Counted from the first letter of the stretch, positions 49,116-59,416 are shown. The stretch: 64,000 bases of DNA from Oligoflexales bacterium (GCA_947445775.1 CANFEB010000001.1:80484-144483), one strand, 5' to 3'. The notes: a model not told the origin generated them from the sequence alone. Numbers and translations are program-made.

Positions 49116-50543
49116 CTAGTTCTGCAAAAAGACTGGCCGCAACTGCTGCAACGCCCGTCCTTGGAGTTGGACACCTTGATTGGTCAGCGCAACGAAAACC
49201 TTGTCCCAGGCGCCGACCTGGGCGCGAAAACTTAAGACACCAAGCTTCGACATCATGATGTCGCGGTTCATCTTGGTGTTGGTCCTGAAATAGTAGGTCT
49301 TACCCTCGTACATGTCGTAGGCATGAATGGGATTGAACAACGATGGATCGCGCTTCACAAAGATGACTTTTCGCGCATCTGGAGTCCAAGCCGGACCAGT
49401 GTTTAGGTCCACAACGACATCTCTGGCCACCAGATGATTGGCGAGGGCTTCATCTGATAGGGGAAATCCCCGAGCATCGGTCGGCACGACATGAATATTC
49501 CAATGGGTGTTCTCATCAAATGAATCTTCGCTTTTTTGGCGTACAGCACTGTAAAACGCAATAAATCGTCCATCGGATGACACCGTCGGCCGCAGCTCAT
49601 CGGCCTCGCTTTTGGTGATATTGAAGGGCTGGCTCCAGCCTTGGCCGCTGCCACCTCCGCTGGTACTGGCCTTGCGCCGCGTCATGACCACATCATGATT
49701 GCGGGCGTCACCACTGGAAAAAACAATCCTCTTGCCATCCGGGTACCACTCGGGAAACAAGTCAGGCTCGCCGGAATTGCTAACCTGCAGCACTTTTTGT
49801 TCGTCAACTTCCACAACGTAAATTTTTGCAGTCCCCTTCCGTGAACTGACAAATGCAATTTCGTTTCCGGATGGATTCCACGAGGCGTAACCATTTTTTG
49901 CGCGACTCGAAGCCACAGTTTTCTCACCGCCCGCCACGCTGCCGACGTAAATATTAAATTCCCCAACGCCGCCATTCGAAACAAAGGCAAAGCGGTTGCT
50001 GTCACGCGACCATCGCAGCCCGGCATTATACGACAGCATTGAACTGCTATTTCCTGACACGTTGCCAGCAACACCCTCGATGAAGCTGCCCCGATCCGAC
50101 ATTGGCAGGACCATAAGTTCCCTGGCGAAATCCCCCATCAAATCCTTCAACAGGATCCGGCGGTTATCGGCGCCGATGATTTCAAAACCAAGGTAGACCC
50201 CATCTGCAGACCAACTTAAATTGGCTTCATTCAGGGAATCATTTCCGTCCGTCAATTTGCGAACCTCCACCATCTGAACGCCTTGGCGTGCCGCTGGCAA
50301 ATCGGCATAGAGCCGCTCAAAGGTCTTCGCCCCAGGAAAAAAGCGCTTAATGAACGCTGGAAAATAGGCGCCATCTGTCGCCTTGAAATCGACCAGTTTG
50401 TCACGTTGATCCCGCTTGAAATATTTCTCGACCCAAGCACGAGGCGCCCACGCCTGTCCACTGGTGGTACAGCCGGTGGCCGTCGCTATGCTGCTGACGG
50501 TGATCGCCGCGGCTATGGCAATTTTTAAGCGTTGAAGACTCAT
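49116..50543 (-). CDS. TolB-like beta-propeller (PD40 repeat) lipoprotein
   Basis: Lipobox ATGC. PD40-like repeats ASWNPSGNEIAFVSSRKGTAKIYVV and PEWYPDGKRIVFSS. Confidence 0.65.
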   Translation of the reverse strand: MSLQRLKIAIAAAITVSSIATATGCTTSGQAWAPRAWVEKYFKRDQRDKLVDFKATDGAYFPAFIKRFFPGAKTFERLYADLPAARQGVQMVEVRKLTDGNDSLNEANLSWSADGVYLGFEIIGADNRRILLKDLMGDFARELMVLPMSDRGSFIEGVAGNVSGNSSSMLSYNAGLRWSRDSNRFAFVSNGGVGEFNIYVGSVAGGEKTVASSRAKNGYASWNPSGNEIAFVSSRKGTAKIYVVEVDEQKVLQVSNSGEPDLFPEWYPDGKRIVFSSGDARNHDVVMTRRKASTSGGGSGQGWSQPFNITKSEADELRPTVSSDGRFIAFYSAVRQKSEDSFDENTHWNIHVVPTDARGFPLSDEALANHLVARDVVVDLNTGPAWTPDARKVIFVKRDPSLFNPIHAYDMYEGKTYYFRTNTKMNRDIMMSKLGVLSFRAQVGAWDKVFVALTNQGVQLQGRALQQLRPVFLQN

Positions 50544-53506
50544 CGGCTGGAAAGTCCTGCCTGGGTTTGTTTCAGATAGACTCTAGCGTTATCGGCCAGA
50601 ATTTTGCTCTGCTTGTCGAGGTCATCGGCCGGCATCACGTTGTCTAGATACTCACGCCAAGCGCGGTTGGCATTATCTAGGGCAGATTGATCATTGATGA
50701 GGAGCCAGCGCCGGTGAAAACTCAGTGCCCGGAAGTATTCCAAATTTTGCACCGACTGCTTGAAGTCCTTTTTGGGAAGAAACCGGGTATATTTTGCAGC
50801 CCGATCAAGTATGGCTGCCGCCTTGCCAAAGCCTTCGGCGGCAGCCTTTGGATTCGACCGCGACGATTTTTCCGCGATCATATGGATCGCCATGCCCTCA
50901 TTGATATGGGCGCCAATGAAGCGCTTATCGATGAAATCACGCACTTCTGGAACTGCCGTAACGCTGGCAAAAAATTGCTCGGCCTTGGCCGGGTCATTCA
51001 ACTTTCCCAAGGCCAATTCACCGGCAATATGGCGACTGACCAAAAAGTCGGTGTGATTTTCCGGAACCTTTTCCAGGACTGCAATGGCTTCTATAGTTTT
51101 TCCCGCGTCGGCCATTTTTTTGGCATTTGTGATCACGTCGGACTCAAGATGAACTGCGCGGGATCCCGTCAGATCTAGCGTTCCAGCCTCGACCTCAAGA
51201 ACGGTTGCATATTTTTTATAGCCATCTGGTCCAGCGATTTCCAATTTTACAAAGGCCCCGGCCCCATCAAGGCGGGTATCAAGAGGCGTCTTGCCGGATA
51301 GTTTTCCCTCGAGAAATACTGAGGCCCCCGCAGGGACAGAATCAACACGCAGGCGCGTCGCCTCTGCTTCGATTGTCACCTCAATTTGCTTTCCAGTGGC
51401 CGGGGTGGCATCCAGGATTGCTTGATTCCATCCGGCCTTCGTCACGGCAACCTTTCCCGTCGCCCCGAGCAACGATCGCGGAAGGTACACAACCCCATTT
51501 GAATTGCTCGTGCCGATCCAGACATCGTTGAAATAGACATTGGCTTGGGGAACTGGACGGGGATCATCACTAGCCCTGCTGCGCACGAGGATCGAAGACG
51601 TTCCATCCTTTGATGACAAGGTCTTCAATGCTCTTGGCGGCTTGGATGCTTCCTTCGCCTCTGGCTTGGCGGTGGTTGCCTCAGGCTCTGCGGCCACGGA
51701 ATGGGTAAGGGTAGACTGGGCTGGCATGCCCCGCATGACCACAAGGTCTCCGCGGCTGATTGTTTTTCTTGAAGGCTCCTCATCGACAACCAAAGCCAAC
51801 TCGGCACCCGCATCGCTGGATGCGGCGCCGCCCGCCGAGGTCATCTCTGACTCGGGAATCCTGGCACTGGCAATGTTTGCGATATTTTGTTTCCGTGCCC
51901 GGACATTCATTTGCGCGCCGAAGACATCAAACCGGTCGCCAGGTTTCACAATCGCAGCCAGTTGCCCGGGCAACAGGACGCGAATCTGCCCCTGTTCAGC
52001 TGCGGTGACCACGCCCTGAAAGGGCAGCGACCGGACGAGGCGTTCAACAACACTGTCGATTTGGGTTTGGATTTGAGCCAGCTTCTCGGGTTTGGAGGCA
52101 TCGCCGCTTATTTCTTCTTTGGCCGCAGCCATCACGATGCCTTTTGCGTCGACTGCCACCAGTTCAAGGAGGGCCCCCCCCGCGTGCCGCGAGAATGACC
52201 GGCGGATCCGCAAGTCTGGATGTTTATGGCCTGGATTTACTTTGGTCATAATTTTCCGCGAGAACACTTTCCGGTCCAAGGCAGCGTCGGTCAATTTCAA
52301 GAGAGCGACGGATGTTGCCTGGTCCAGTGTCGATGATGTTTGGCGTGAGTCTTCAACGACGGCTACAGGCAGCCTTGGATGTCCGCTCACGAAATGGCGT
52401 GCGAGATGAATGTCGCCGTCGGTATTGAATTCCGATTCACAGGACTCGGGCAGAAAGCCTTTTGGTGGTGCCATGTCTACTTTCAAGGTAGAGCCAATGC
52501 CGCGCTTGCCGGCCGTCGACCCTTTGAACGTAAACCTAAATCGTCCAGCCTTGTCGGTTGTCCCTGCTGGCTTGCCATCAATGGAGATCAACACGCCTTG
52601 AAGCGGGACGGTCGAGGTTACTCCGCGCCCATAGGCGAGGATTTGCATCGTCTGACCTTTTTGCATTTGCAAACGCACCAGCTTGTTGTTCGCATCAATA
52701 AGAAGGTCTTGGGTTTCTGGAACGTAGCCTGATTTTGCCAGGCGCAGTTCCCATTCAGTTCCCGGTTCCATTCTGACCGCACAGCGACCTCTGAGATTCG
52801 TTGTGCACAGCAGTTTTTCTGGAATTTCGATTTGGCCTTCACGATCCCCTTCGCCGCCCATTCTTGGAACTGCGCCAATGCGCACGCCAACTAGCCCGGC
52901 ATTGCCAGAGAAAACGTGAAAGGTGACCAGAACATTTTGTGGAGGGCTTGGTTTTTCTTCTTTGGGGGTCTCTTGCTTGGCGGGCTCAGATTTCTCTGGC
53001 GCTAATTTTTCTGGCTCCGTTTTTTCAGGAGCTATGACCGGAGCCGTAACCATTGCCAAAACTTCAGTGGCCGGACTTTCGGTCGGTGCCGGCCTTGCCT
53101 GTGCTGCCTGCGCTGCTGCCGTCAGGCTTGGTGGGTTGGCCTCTACTGTTTTTGGTTTGGGCACGAAATACATCACCGCCTTCACAACAACGGGACGAGT
53201 CGACGATTTGCTGAGGTCCAAGGTTTCGACGTGTGGGGCAAAGTAATAACTGTCGCTGATCTTGGTGATTTCAATTGCAACTTGCGAGCCATCGACTATC
53301 GCAGGCTTTACCTCAAGAATTCCTTTGGCATCGGTTGATCCGAGGATTCGCCCACCAACCCTGACCTGGGCCTCGTGCACCGGGTCTCCCTGATTGGTGC
53401 GAACTTCAACCTTGATTTGCGTGATGGTTTCGCGCTGGCAAGAGGCTGAAGCCAACGCAAGTGTCATGGCCAAAGGCAAACAGCTAAACCAGGAATGTCT
53501 CGGCAT
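50540..53506 (-). CDS. large multidomain lipoprotein (carboxypeptidase-regulatory-like/PEGA beta-sandwiches, LpoB/FlgO-like module, TPR-like C-terminus)
   Basis: ATG 53506 lies 6 nt after GGAG. Lipobox LASASC. PEGA-like RLRVDSVPAGASVFLEGKLSGKTPL. Helical-repeat C-terminus. Confidence 0.55.
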   Translation of the reverse strand: MPRHSWFSCLPLAMTLALASASCQRETITQIKVEVRTNQGDPVHEAQVRVGGRILGSTDAKGILEVKPAIVDGSQVAIEITKISDSYYFAPHVETLDLSKSSTRPVVVKAVMYFVPKPKTVEANPPSLTAAAQAAQARPAPTESPATEVLAMVTAPVIAPEKTEPEKLAPEKSEPAKQETPKEEKPSPPQNVLVTFHVFSGNAGLVGVRIGAVPRMGGEGDREGQIEIPEKLLCTTNLRGRCAVRMEPGTEWELRLAKSGYVPETQDLLIDANNKLVRLQMQKGQTMQILAYGRGVTSTVPLQGVLISIDGKPAGTTDKAGRFRFTFKGSTAGKRGIGSTLKVDMAPPKGFLPESCESEFNTDGDIHLARHFVSGHPRLPVAVVEDSRQTSSTLDQATSVALLKLTDAALDRKVFSRKIMTKVNPGHKHPDLRIRRSFSRHAGGALLELVAVDAKGIVMAAAKEEISGDASKPEKLAQIQTQIDSVVERLVRSLPFQGVVTAAEQGQIRVLLPGQLAAIVKPGDRFDVFGAQMNVRARKQNIANIASARIPESEMTSAGGAASSDAGAELALVVDEEPSRKTISRGDLVVMRGMPAQSTLTHSVAAEPEATTAKPEAKEASKPPRALKTLSSKDGTSSILVRSRASDDPRPVPQANVYFNDVWIGTSNSNGVVYLPRSLLGATGKVAVTKAGWNQAILDATPATGKQIEVTIEAEATRLRVDSVPAGASVFLEGKLSGKTPLDTRLDGAGAFVKLEIAGPDGYKKYATVLEVEAGTLDLTGSRAVHLESDVITNAKKMADAGKTIEAIAVLEKVPENHTDFLVSRHIAGELALGKLNDPAKAEQFFASVTAVPEVRDFIDKRFIGAHINEGMAIHMIAEKSSRSNPKAAAEGFGKAAAILDRAAKYTRFLPKKDFKQSVQNLEYFRALSFHRRWLLINDQSALDNANRAWREYLDNVMPADDLDKQSKILADNARVYLKQTQAGLSSR

Positions 53507-53530
53507 CGCGATCTCCAAATGTTTCACGCA

Positions 53531-54034
53531 TCAAAATTGCGGAAGAGTCAAAACCGCTCCGCCTTCACCGCGGCTGGCAGCAGGATCATTGTTTATGTCC
53601 AATGTTTTTGTCCGCGCTTGTCCGATTGGCTTGAGCACGAGATTGATGCGCTGTGATTTTGTCAGATCGATTTTCTGGGATACAGGTTCATAACCTGGAA
53701 CCAGAGCTTCGATTAGGTATTTGCCTTTGGGCAGGTCATGGGTGCTGACAAACGAGCCATCTTCTTCGGGAACAAGAATCATGGATGCCGTCTCATCCGG
53801 ATTCATTGCGTCACCATTGGTCGGGGCAGCACTCGCATCAAGGCGGGTGACGTTCACCCGGGCGTCACGTAGCGCATCTGGCCCTAAATCTGGCCCTTCA
53901 AGGCGCCCAGAAACGGTGGTGGCGCAGCCTGACAGCATCGCGACAGTAAGGGCGCATGAAAATAAAAATGATCGTGCTGGAAAACATGAGGTTCGGAAAC
54001 ATGAGGTTCGGAAACATGAGGAGTGGCAGGCCAT
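53531..54034 (-). CDS. carboxypeptidase-regulatory-like domain lipoprotein
   Basis: Start M20 of the ORF. Lipobox MLSGC. Single beta-sandwich (KGKYLIEALVPGYEP). Confidence 0.5.
   Translation of the reverse strand: MACHSSCFRTSCFRTSCFPARSFLFSCALTVAMLSGCATTVSGRLEGPDLGPDALRDARVNVTRLDASAAPTNGDAMNPDETASMILVPEEDGSFVSTHDLPKGKYLIEALVPGYEPVSQKIDLTKSQRINLVLKPIGQARTKTLDINNDPAASRGEGGAVLTLPQF
53982..54021. repeat. 15-bp tandem repeat AAACATGAGGTTCGG x ~2.7
   Basis: Encodes SCFRT-SCFRT-SCF inside the signal-peptide n-region. Confidence 0.85.
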
Positions 54035-54167
54035 GGCACTAATCTCCACAAAGGCAACCGGGTCTAATTGATTTTTCCCGCGCTGGGACATTCAATTCTA
54101 CACTTTTATCCCTGTGTTTTTAAGCCTTTGGACCAAATAGATTGAAATTTGCGGGTCGCCCCGGAAT

Positions 54168-55151
54168 TCACCCTTCCTCTTCCGAGGCTTTCGAGGCTTT
54201 CGAGGCTTCCGAGGCTTCGGGAGCGGACGGTACCACTGCGGGCTTAATGATTGCTGTGGGCGCGGCAATGGGCGTGGTGACGGGCGTGGTGACGGGCTTG
54301 GTTATGACAGGTTTTTTCGCTGACAGCGCTTGGCTGCTGGCAAGGTGACTAAAGCGCATGTTCACTGGAATCGTGTAGGAGGAACGGTAATTGTCCCCGT
54401 TTCCCGCAAAGGCAATGTCCACCGTCAGCACCCGCCCCTCAAAATGGGGGGGCAAGGCAAACACAAAACTACGGCGGGAATAACGTCGGATTCCAAATCT
54501 CTGCCCTTGATCCGTATTCAAGGGCTCGCCAGTTGTCGATAGGGTCATGGTTTTGGGGATCGTGACATTCAAGCGTTCCCCACCTAGCTTCTCCAATCCT
54601 GCGACGGCCCAGATGTAACCTTCGGCCTTCAATGTAGCCTCCCGGTTGCGCAGATCAAAAAACAGTTCAAAACCACCGTCGCGGGGAACAATCGATGGAT
54701 TTGATAATGAAACCGGCGACTTATGGTCCTCGCGGACGATGACTTTAGCCTTTTCCGGGGTGTCGGTGATGACTCCCGTGATGCCCCCAATTCCAACTTC
54801 GGCTCCAGTTGGCTTGGCGGCTGGCTTGGCGGCTTGGCCAGAATACCTGCGTTCATTAAGCTCGGGATAGGCTTGCTCAAAAACTCCGTCATGCAGGGTC
54901 TGGTATTCGAAAATGACCGACCTTGAGGTGCTCAATTCGGCTCGCAAATCGCTTTGCTTGGCCTGCATTCTCAGTAACAATGCGCCAGCAAAAAAGGCCC
55001 AAATAACCACAACCGCAGAGGCCATCATTACAATAGAAGCCGTACGCAAACTGACCCTGATGGTTTTCGTCTTGGCGGCGTCGACGAAATAGATCAGGTT
55101 CACGTGGCGTTGCGTGCTAAAAAAAGATTTTAGGTTTCGACGGGTCGCCAT
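54168..55151 (-). CDS. single-pass membrane-anchored periplasmic protein, unknown function
   Basis: N-terminal TM IVMMASAVVVIWAFFAGALLL, a coiled segment, and a repeat-rich Pro/Thr/Ala tail. Confidence 0.5.
   Translation of the reverse strand: MATRRNLKSFFSTQRHVNLIYFVDAAKTKTIRVSLRTASIVMMASAVVVIWAFFAGALLLRMQAKQSDLRAELSTSRSVIFEYQTLHDGVFEQAYPELNERRYSGQAAKPAAKPTGAEVGIGGITGVITDTPEKAKVIVREDHKSPVSLSNPSIVPRDGGFELFFDLRNREATLKAEGYIWAVAGLEKLGGERLNVTIPKTMTLSTTGEPLNTDQGQRFGIRRYSRRSFVFALPPHFEGRVLTVDIAFAGNGDNYRSSYTIPVNMRFSHLASSQALSAKKPVITKPVTTPVTTPIAAPTAIIKPAVVPSAPEASEASKASKASEEEG
54183..54218. repeat. 9-bp tandem repeat CGAGGCTT(T/C) x4
   Basis: Encodes the EAS-EAS-KAS-KAS tail. Further 12-bp duplications occur at about 54271-54294 and 54811-54834. 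Confidence 0.85.
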
Positions 55152-55183
55152 ATTTCTACCGGTTGCAAGTTGATTTTAAATAA

Positions 55184-55212
55184 ATTTTAATCAAATCAGA
55201 AACTTTTATCAA
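55184..55212 (-). promoter_or_regulatory. sigma70-like promoter for the envelope operon
   Basis: Minus strand reads TTGATA-N17-TAAAAT. The -10 element ends about 33 nt upstream of the ATG at 55151. Confidence 0.4.
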
Positions 55213-55234
55213 CTCTAGGCCATTTAAATATATT

Positions 55235-56401
55235 TTGAATAGATTAAGCTCAACAATATCACCCCTGCAAATTGCCATCATCCGCTCATCCAGTATCGGT
55301 GACGTGGTGCTTGCCACGGCTGCCGTCGCCTATGCACGTGCGTGGGGCCGCCGTCGCAATCAGACCCTTACAGTGCATTGGATTGGGCGTGATCCAGCCC
55401 TGAGCCTGATCCGCGCATGCTGTCCTGATGTTGTCTGCCATACGATTGACTCCGTTTTGGATCAGGGATCTGGCGCACTTCCTCCGCGCATTGACATTTG
55501 TGTGGACCTGCAAAGCAACCTGCGCTCGCGCCGCCTAGCTTGGCGTCTGGCGCGGCGTCACGGCGCAGTTGTCACCAGGCCATCCAAACGTTATCTGGCC
55601 CGTTCGCTTTTGGTCCTTGCCGCCAGATTGTTGGGACGAAGCCGCTTGAGTCTGGCGGTGCACGAGGGCCTCACCCAAAAGCAATCGGGCGCACCCCAAT
55701 ACCGCCTTGCTGCCCAGGCGATGGCCCGGGCTTTGCAGAAATTAGATGGCCCATCGGAAACCAAATTAGTGGCCGACGCCCGCCCTGAACTCGTTCCACC
55801 TGCGCCAGATCCACGCCTCAATGACGCCACCACAAAGATCTGGTTGGCCGTGGCGCCAGGCGCGTCGCATCCGACAAAAAAAGCGCCGGTCACAATTTTT
55901 GAAGAGATTCTGATTTTATTGGCCGAAAAAAATCCGGTCTATAGCCCCTATGTAAACTCCACAGCCCTGACTTCTACATCCACGACACCCATAGCCATCG
56001 TCCTGCTAGGTGACAGTCGCGAGCATGCCGACTGTCTAGACCTCGAACGGCGCTTGACCGCCCTACCTTGGCCGGGCCCTGTGCTCAACCTGGCCGGGAA
56101 CACGACCTTGCCGGAAACGGTGGCCATTCTTGCGGGGTGCCGAGCCATTCTGAGCAATGACTCCTCTCTGGCTCACATTGCCGAGGCCCTGGGAAAACCC
56201 GCCTTCACGCTCTTTGGTCCGACGGACGAAGCCTTTGGATTTGGGCCGCACCTGCCGACCAGCCGCGCTTGTTCCGTTGCCCTTGGCTGCCGCCCTTGTT
56301 CAAAACATGGCAAAGCACCGTGCCGATTTGACGACCAAGCCTGCTTTCGCTTGATCGACACCCGAAGCACCGGGCTGGCTTTGAAAAAGGTTTTGTCATG
56401 A
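55235..56401 (+). CDS. glycosyltransferase family 9 (LPS heptosyltransferase-like)
   Basis: IAIIRSSSIGDVVL and LAGNTTLPETVAILAGCRAILSNDSSLAHIAEALGKP. TTG start. Confidence 0.7.
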   Translation: MNRLSSTISPLQIAIIRSSSIGDVVLATAAVAYARAWGRRRNQTLTVHWIGRDPALSLIRACCPDVVCHTIDSVLDQGSGALPPRIDICVDLQSNLRSRRLAWRLARRHGAVVTRPSKRYLARSLLVLAARLLGRSRLSLAVHEGLTQKQSGAPQYRLAAQAMARALQKLDGPSETKLVADARPELVPPAPDPRLNDATTKIWLAVAPGASHPTKKAPVTIFEEILILLAEKNPVYSPYVNSTALTSTSTTPIAIVLLGDSREHADCLDLERRLTALPWPGPVLNLAGNTTLPETVAILAGCRAILSNDSSLAHIAEALGKPAFTLFGPTDEAFGFGPHLPTSRACSVALGCRPCSKHGKAPCRFDDQACFRLIDTRSTGLALKKVLS

Positions 56402-57732
56402 TGCTAAAAAATTCGGCGGGCTGCACGCGCGTCGCGAGAAAATTTGCCGCACTGGGATCATCGCTTCTCATCGAAATTATTTTTCAGGCGATGGCGATGA
56501 CATTGAAAATGACGATGGCGATGGCGATGATCATCCTTGGCCGATTGCCAGCCTTTGCCACAAACTCCCTGGCGCGCCAAATCACCGGGCGCACCCACGG
56601 CGCGGACTCGATTGAGGGCTTGCCTCGCTGCCGCCCGGAGAGTCGTGGCGACCTGCTATTTTTTTGCAGTTCTGCTGGCGAGTTCGAGCAAGCCCGACCA
56701 GTCATTGACCGGCTGAGTGAAAGCCTAGGGCTGGAACCAATGATCCTTTTTTTGTCGCGCTCTGGGCTGGAATATATTCGAGCACGCGGCGAAAAAATCC
56801 GAGCCGCCCTGGCCCCCCCCGACACGCTCTGGAGGTGGCGCCGTTTTGATTCTCGCCACAAAATTTGCGCGTCCGTGGTGATCCGTCACGAATGGTGGCC
56901 GTCATTTCTGAATATTTTCGGCGGAAATCGCCCCATGCTGTTGATTGATGCTGGGCGGCCAGCCGGCTCTCCGAACTCCAAACTAAAAAATCTCGGTCGT
57001 GGATATTTGGCCAGGCAATTCACCCAGATTTGTACGGTTGACGAAGCCAGCCGGACTTTCTTTACGAAACACTTCGCAATTGACCCCGCAAAAATAATGG
57101 CCACCGGAGACACCAAATACGACCGCGTGATGGACCGCGCCGTAAAAACCGTCGTCGGCGACGACCTGCGCCGCCAGATCAGCACGTTTGCCAAAGGGCG
57201 AAAAATTCTTGTCGCCGGCAGCATCTATGCCGCCGACATCGCCTTGCTGATGAAATCCTGGCGAGACCATCCAGAACTTGCGACCTCGTGGGCCATTGTC
57301 GCCGTCCCCCATTATCCAGATCAAGCCACGGCCCAGTCCCTACTAAAACAGATTGGCGGCGCAGGCTGTGATCTCCTCATCGTCAGCCGGATGGGGGTTT
57401 TGGCAGAGCTTTATTCCCTGGCCGATGCCGCGTGGGTTGGTGGTGCCTGTCACAATAAGATTCACAACTCCCTTGAACCGGCGGCGCACGGAGTGAATTT
57501 GGGGTCTGGCATGAAATTCAGTAACAGCCCTGAGGCGGTCCAGATGCACCGGGAAGGCGTTTTGCATGCGCTAGCCGGGGCCGATTCGGTGGCCCAGTGG
57601 CTGAAAACGCTGGAGCTCCCTGCAGCGTCGCCCCCGGGTGAACGTCCCCCTGCGAGCCTGGCCTTTGTGACGGCGCGGACCGGTGCCGCGCAAAAGATCT
57701 GTGACCTACTTGAGGCGAAACTTAATGCTTGA
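56398..57732 (+). CDS. waaA: 3-deoxy-D-manno-octulosonic acid (Kdo) transferase
   Basis: LLFFCSSAGEFEQARPVI and GGACHNKIHNSLEPAAHGV. ATGA overlap with the GT9 gene. Confidence 0.6.
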   Translation: MMLKNSAGCTRVARKFAALGSSLLIEIIFQAMAMTLKMTMAMAMIILGRLPAFATNSLARQITGRTHGADSIEGLPRCRPESRGDLLFFCSSAGEFEQARPVIDRLSESLGLEPMILFLSRSGLEYIRARGEKIRAALAPPDTLWRWRRFDSRHKICASVVIRHEWWPSFLNIFGGNRPMLLIDAGRPAGSPNSKLKNLGRGYLARQFTQICTVDEASRTFFTKHFAIDPAKIMATGDTKYDRVMDRAVKTVVGDDLRRQISTFAKGRKILVAGSIYAADIALLMKSWRDHPELATSWAIVAVPHYPDQATAQSLLKQIGGAGCDLLIVSRMGVLAELYSLADAAWVGGACHNKIHNSLEPAAHGVNLGSGMKFSNSPEAVQMHREGVLHALAGADSVAQWLKTLELPAASPPGERPPASLAFVTARTGAAQKICDLLEAKLNA

Positions 57733-59260
57733 AAAACAACTGATCATCAATGCCAACGAATCCGAAACACGCATCGCGCTTTTGGAGCGCGGCGACCTGG
57801 CTGAACTATACATTGAACGCCATCACGAACGCGCCATGGTCGGCAATATCTACAAGGCCCGGATCAACCGGGTTCTGCCGGGGATTCAGGCCGCGTTCAT
57901 CGATATTGGTGCCGATAGATCCGCATTTCTCTATGCCGGCGAGGTGATCAAAGAAGACATCATTCACGCCAACGAAGCTGATTCCGAAGCTGATTCCGAG
58001 GGCGATTGGCCAGAGGAGGACATGGGAAAACCCGCCCGGGTGAATCGCGGGCCTATTGAAAAAATCTTGTCCGAGGGCCAGCAGATCCTGGTCCAAATCA
58101 GCAAGGAGCCCCTCGGCACCAAGGGGGCCCGTGCCACGATGCATGTGTCCCTGCCGGGGCGCTATCTAGTCCTCGTTCCCGGGGCTTCCAAAATCGGAAT
58201 TTCCAAGAAAATTGCTGATGACGATAAACGCCAGCAACTGAAAAACCTCGTCAAGTCGATGAAACCAAAAGGCGTCGGTGTGATTGTCCGGACTGCGGCC
58301 CAGGATGCCGATGAGCGCAGCCTGGCTAAGGACCTGCGGTTTCTAATCAGAACCTGGCAGAGGATTCAACTGAGGGCCCCACGAGAATCTGCGCCGACCC
58401 TGCTTTACCAAGATTTGGATTTAGTTCGCAAAGTGACCCGTGACCTTTATTCAGCGGATGTCAGCAAGATTGTTATCGACAACCAAGAGGGGTTTGACGA
58501 GCTCTCGAGATTTCTCAATGCGACGACTCCCGGCGCTGCAAAAAAACTGGAGCTCCACACGGCGCAGATTCCGCTCTTTGATCTTTACGGGATCGAAATG
58601 GATATTGGGCGGGCCTTGGGCCGAAAAATTGATTTGCCATCTGGCGGCCATTTGATCATCGACCAGACCGAGGCCTTGACGTCGTTTGATGTGAATACCG
58701 GAAAATTCGTTGGCCACGGCAATGCCCGCGACACCATCGTTAGGACCAACATGGAGGCCGTCCCCCAGATCGTCCGCCAGCTGCGCCTGCGCAACATTGG
58801 CGGCCTCATTGTCCTGGATTTCATCGACATGGAACGCGAAGCAGACCGGGAAAAACTTTTCCTTACACTTCAAGAAGCATTAAAGCAGGACAAAGCCCGC
58901 AGCACGGTTCTGCGCGTCAGCGAACTAGGCCTGGTTCAGATGACCAGAAAACGCACGGCCGAATCACTGGAACGCCAGTTGATGGAACCGTGTCCTTGCT
59001 GTGATGGGCGCGGCAGGATTCGCAGCACCCAAACGGAATCCTACGATTTAATCCGTGAGGTGATGCGGCTGTCGTTGCAAAGCGGCAAAAAATCCCTGCG
59101 GTTGCGGCTGCGCGACGACATCCGCGACTGGCTCCTTCATGAAGAACAGCCCCTTTTTGACCGCATCTTAAAAGACTTTGGAGTGACAGCCATTTTCGAA
59201 GACGCGCCCGTGAGCCGGGCGGATTTAAGCCAAGACGCCTACGAGGTCTTTCCCGCTTAG
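57725..59260 (+). CDS. rng: ribonuclease G (RNase E/G family)
   Basis: ATG 57725. S1 domain VGNIYKARINRVLPGIQAAFIDIG, the DFIDM motif, and a Zn-link CPCCDGRG. Confidence 0.8.
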   Translation: MLEKQLIINANESETRIALLERGDLAELYIERHHERAMVGNIYKARINRVLPGIQAAFIDIGADRSAFLYAGEVIKEDIIHANEADSEADSEGDWPEEDMGKPARVNRGPIEKILSEGQQILVQISKEPLGTKGARATMHVSLPGRYLVLVPGASKIGISKKIADDDKRQQLKNLVKSMKPKGVGVIVRTAAQDADERSLAKDLRFLIRTWQRIQLRAPRESAPTLLYQDLDLVRKVTRDLYSADVSKIVIDNQEGFDELSRFLNATTPGAAKKLELHTAQIPLFDLYGIEMDIGRALGRKIDLPSGGHLIIDQTEALTSFDVNTGKFVGHGNARDTIVRTNMEAVPQIVRQLRLRNIGGLIVLDFIDMEREADREKLFLTLQEALKQDKARSTVLRVSELGLVQMTRKRTAESLERQLMEPCPCCDGRGRIRSTQTESYDLIREVMRLSLQSGKKSLRLRLRDDIRDWLLHEEQPLFDRILKDFGVTAIFEDAPVSRADLSQDAYEVFPA

Positions 59261-59309
59261 CAGGGGCCTTCGCGTTTGCTCAGGGTGACGACAGCATTTT
59301 TCCGACAGG

Positions 59310-59326
59310 TTGGCTCATCGCAACAG
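59310..59326. repeat. 17-bp direct repeat TTGGCTCATCGCAACAG, left copy
   Basis: Identical to 60338-60354. Confidence 0.9.
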
Positions 59327-59416
59327 TGACATTTATCAGCGACTTCGTCCCCTCAACTAGTTTCTGGCGCGAAAGCGCGAGAAACTATCCCGAGCGTAGC
59401 GAGGGATCTCGATGCG

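Noticed and set aside
50164-50171. Perfect GCCGATAA (sigma28 -10) on the minus strand
   Set aside because: It lies inside the TolB-like coding region and has no TAAA-like -35 at 15 nt (TGGT instead).
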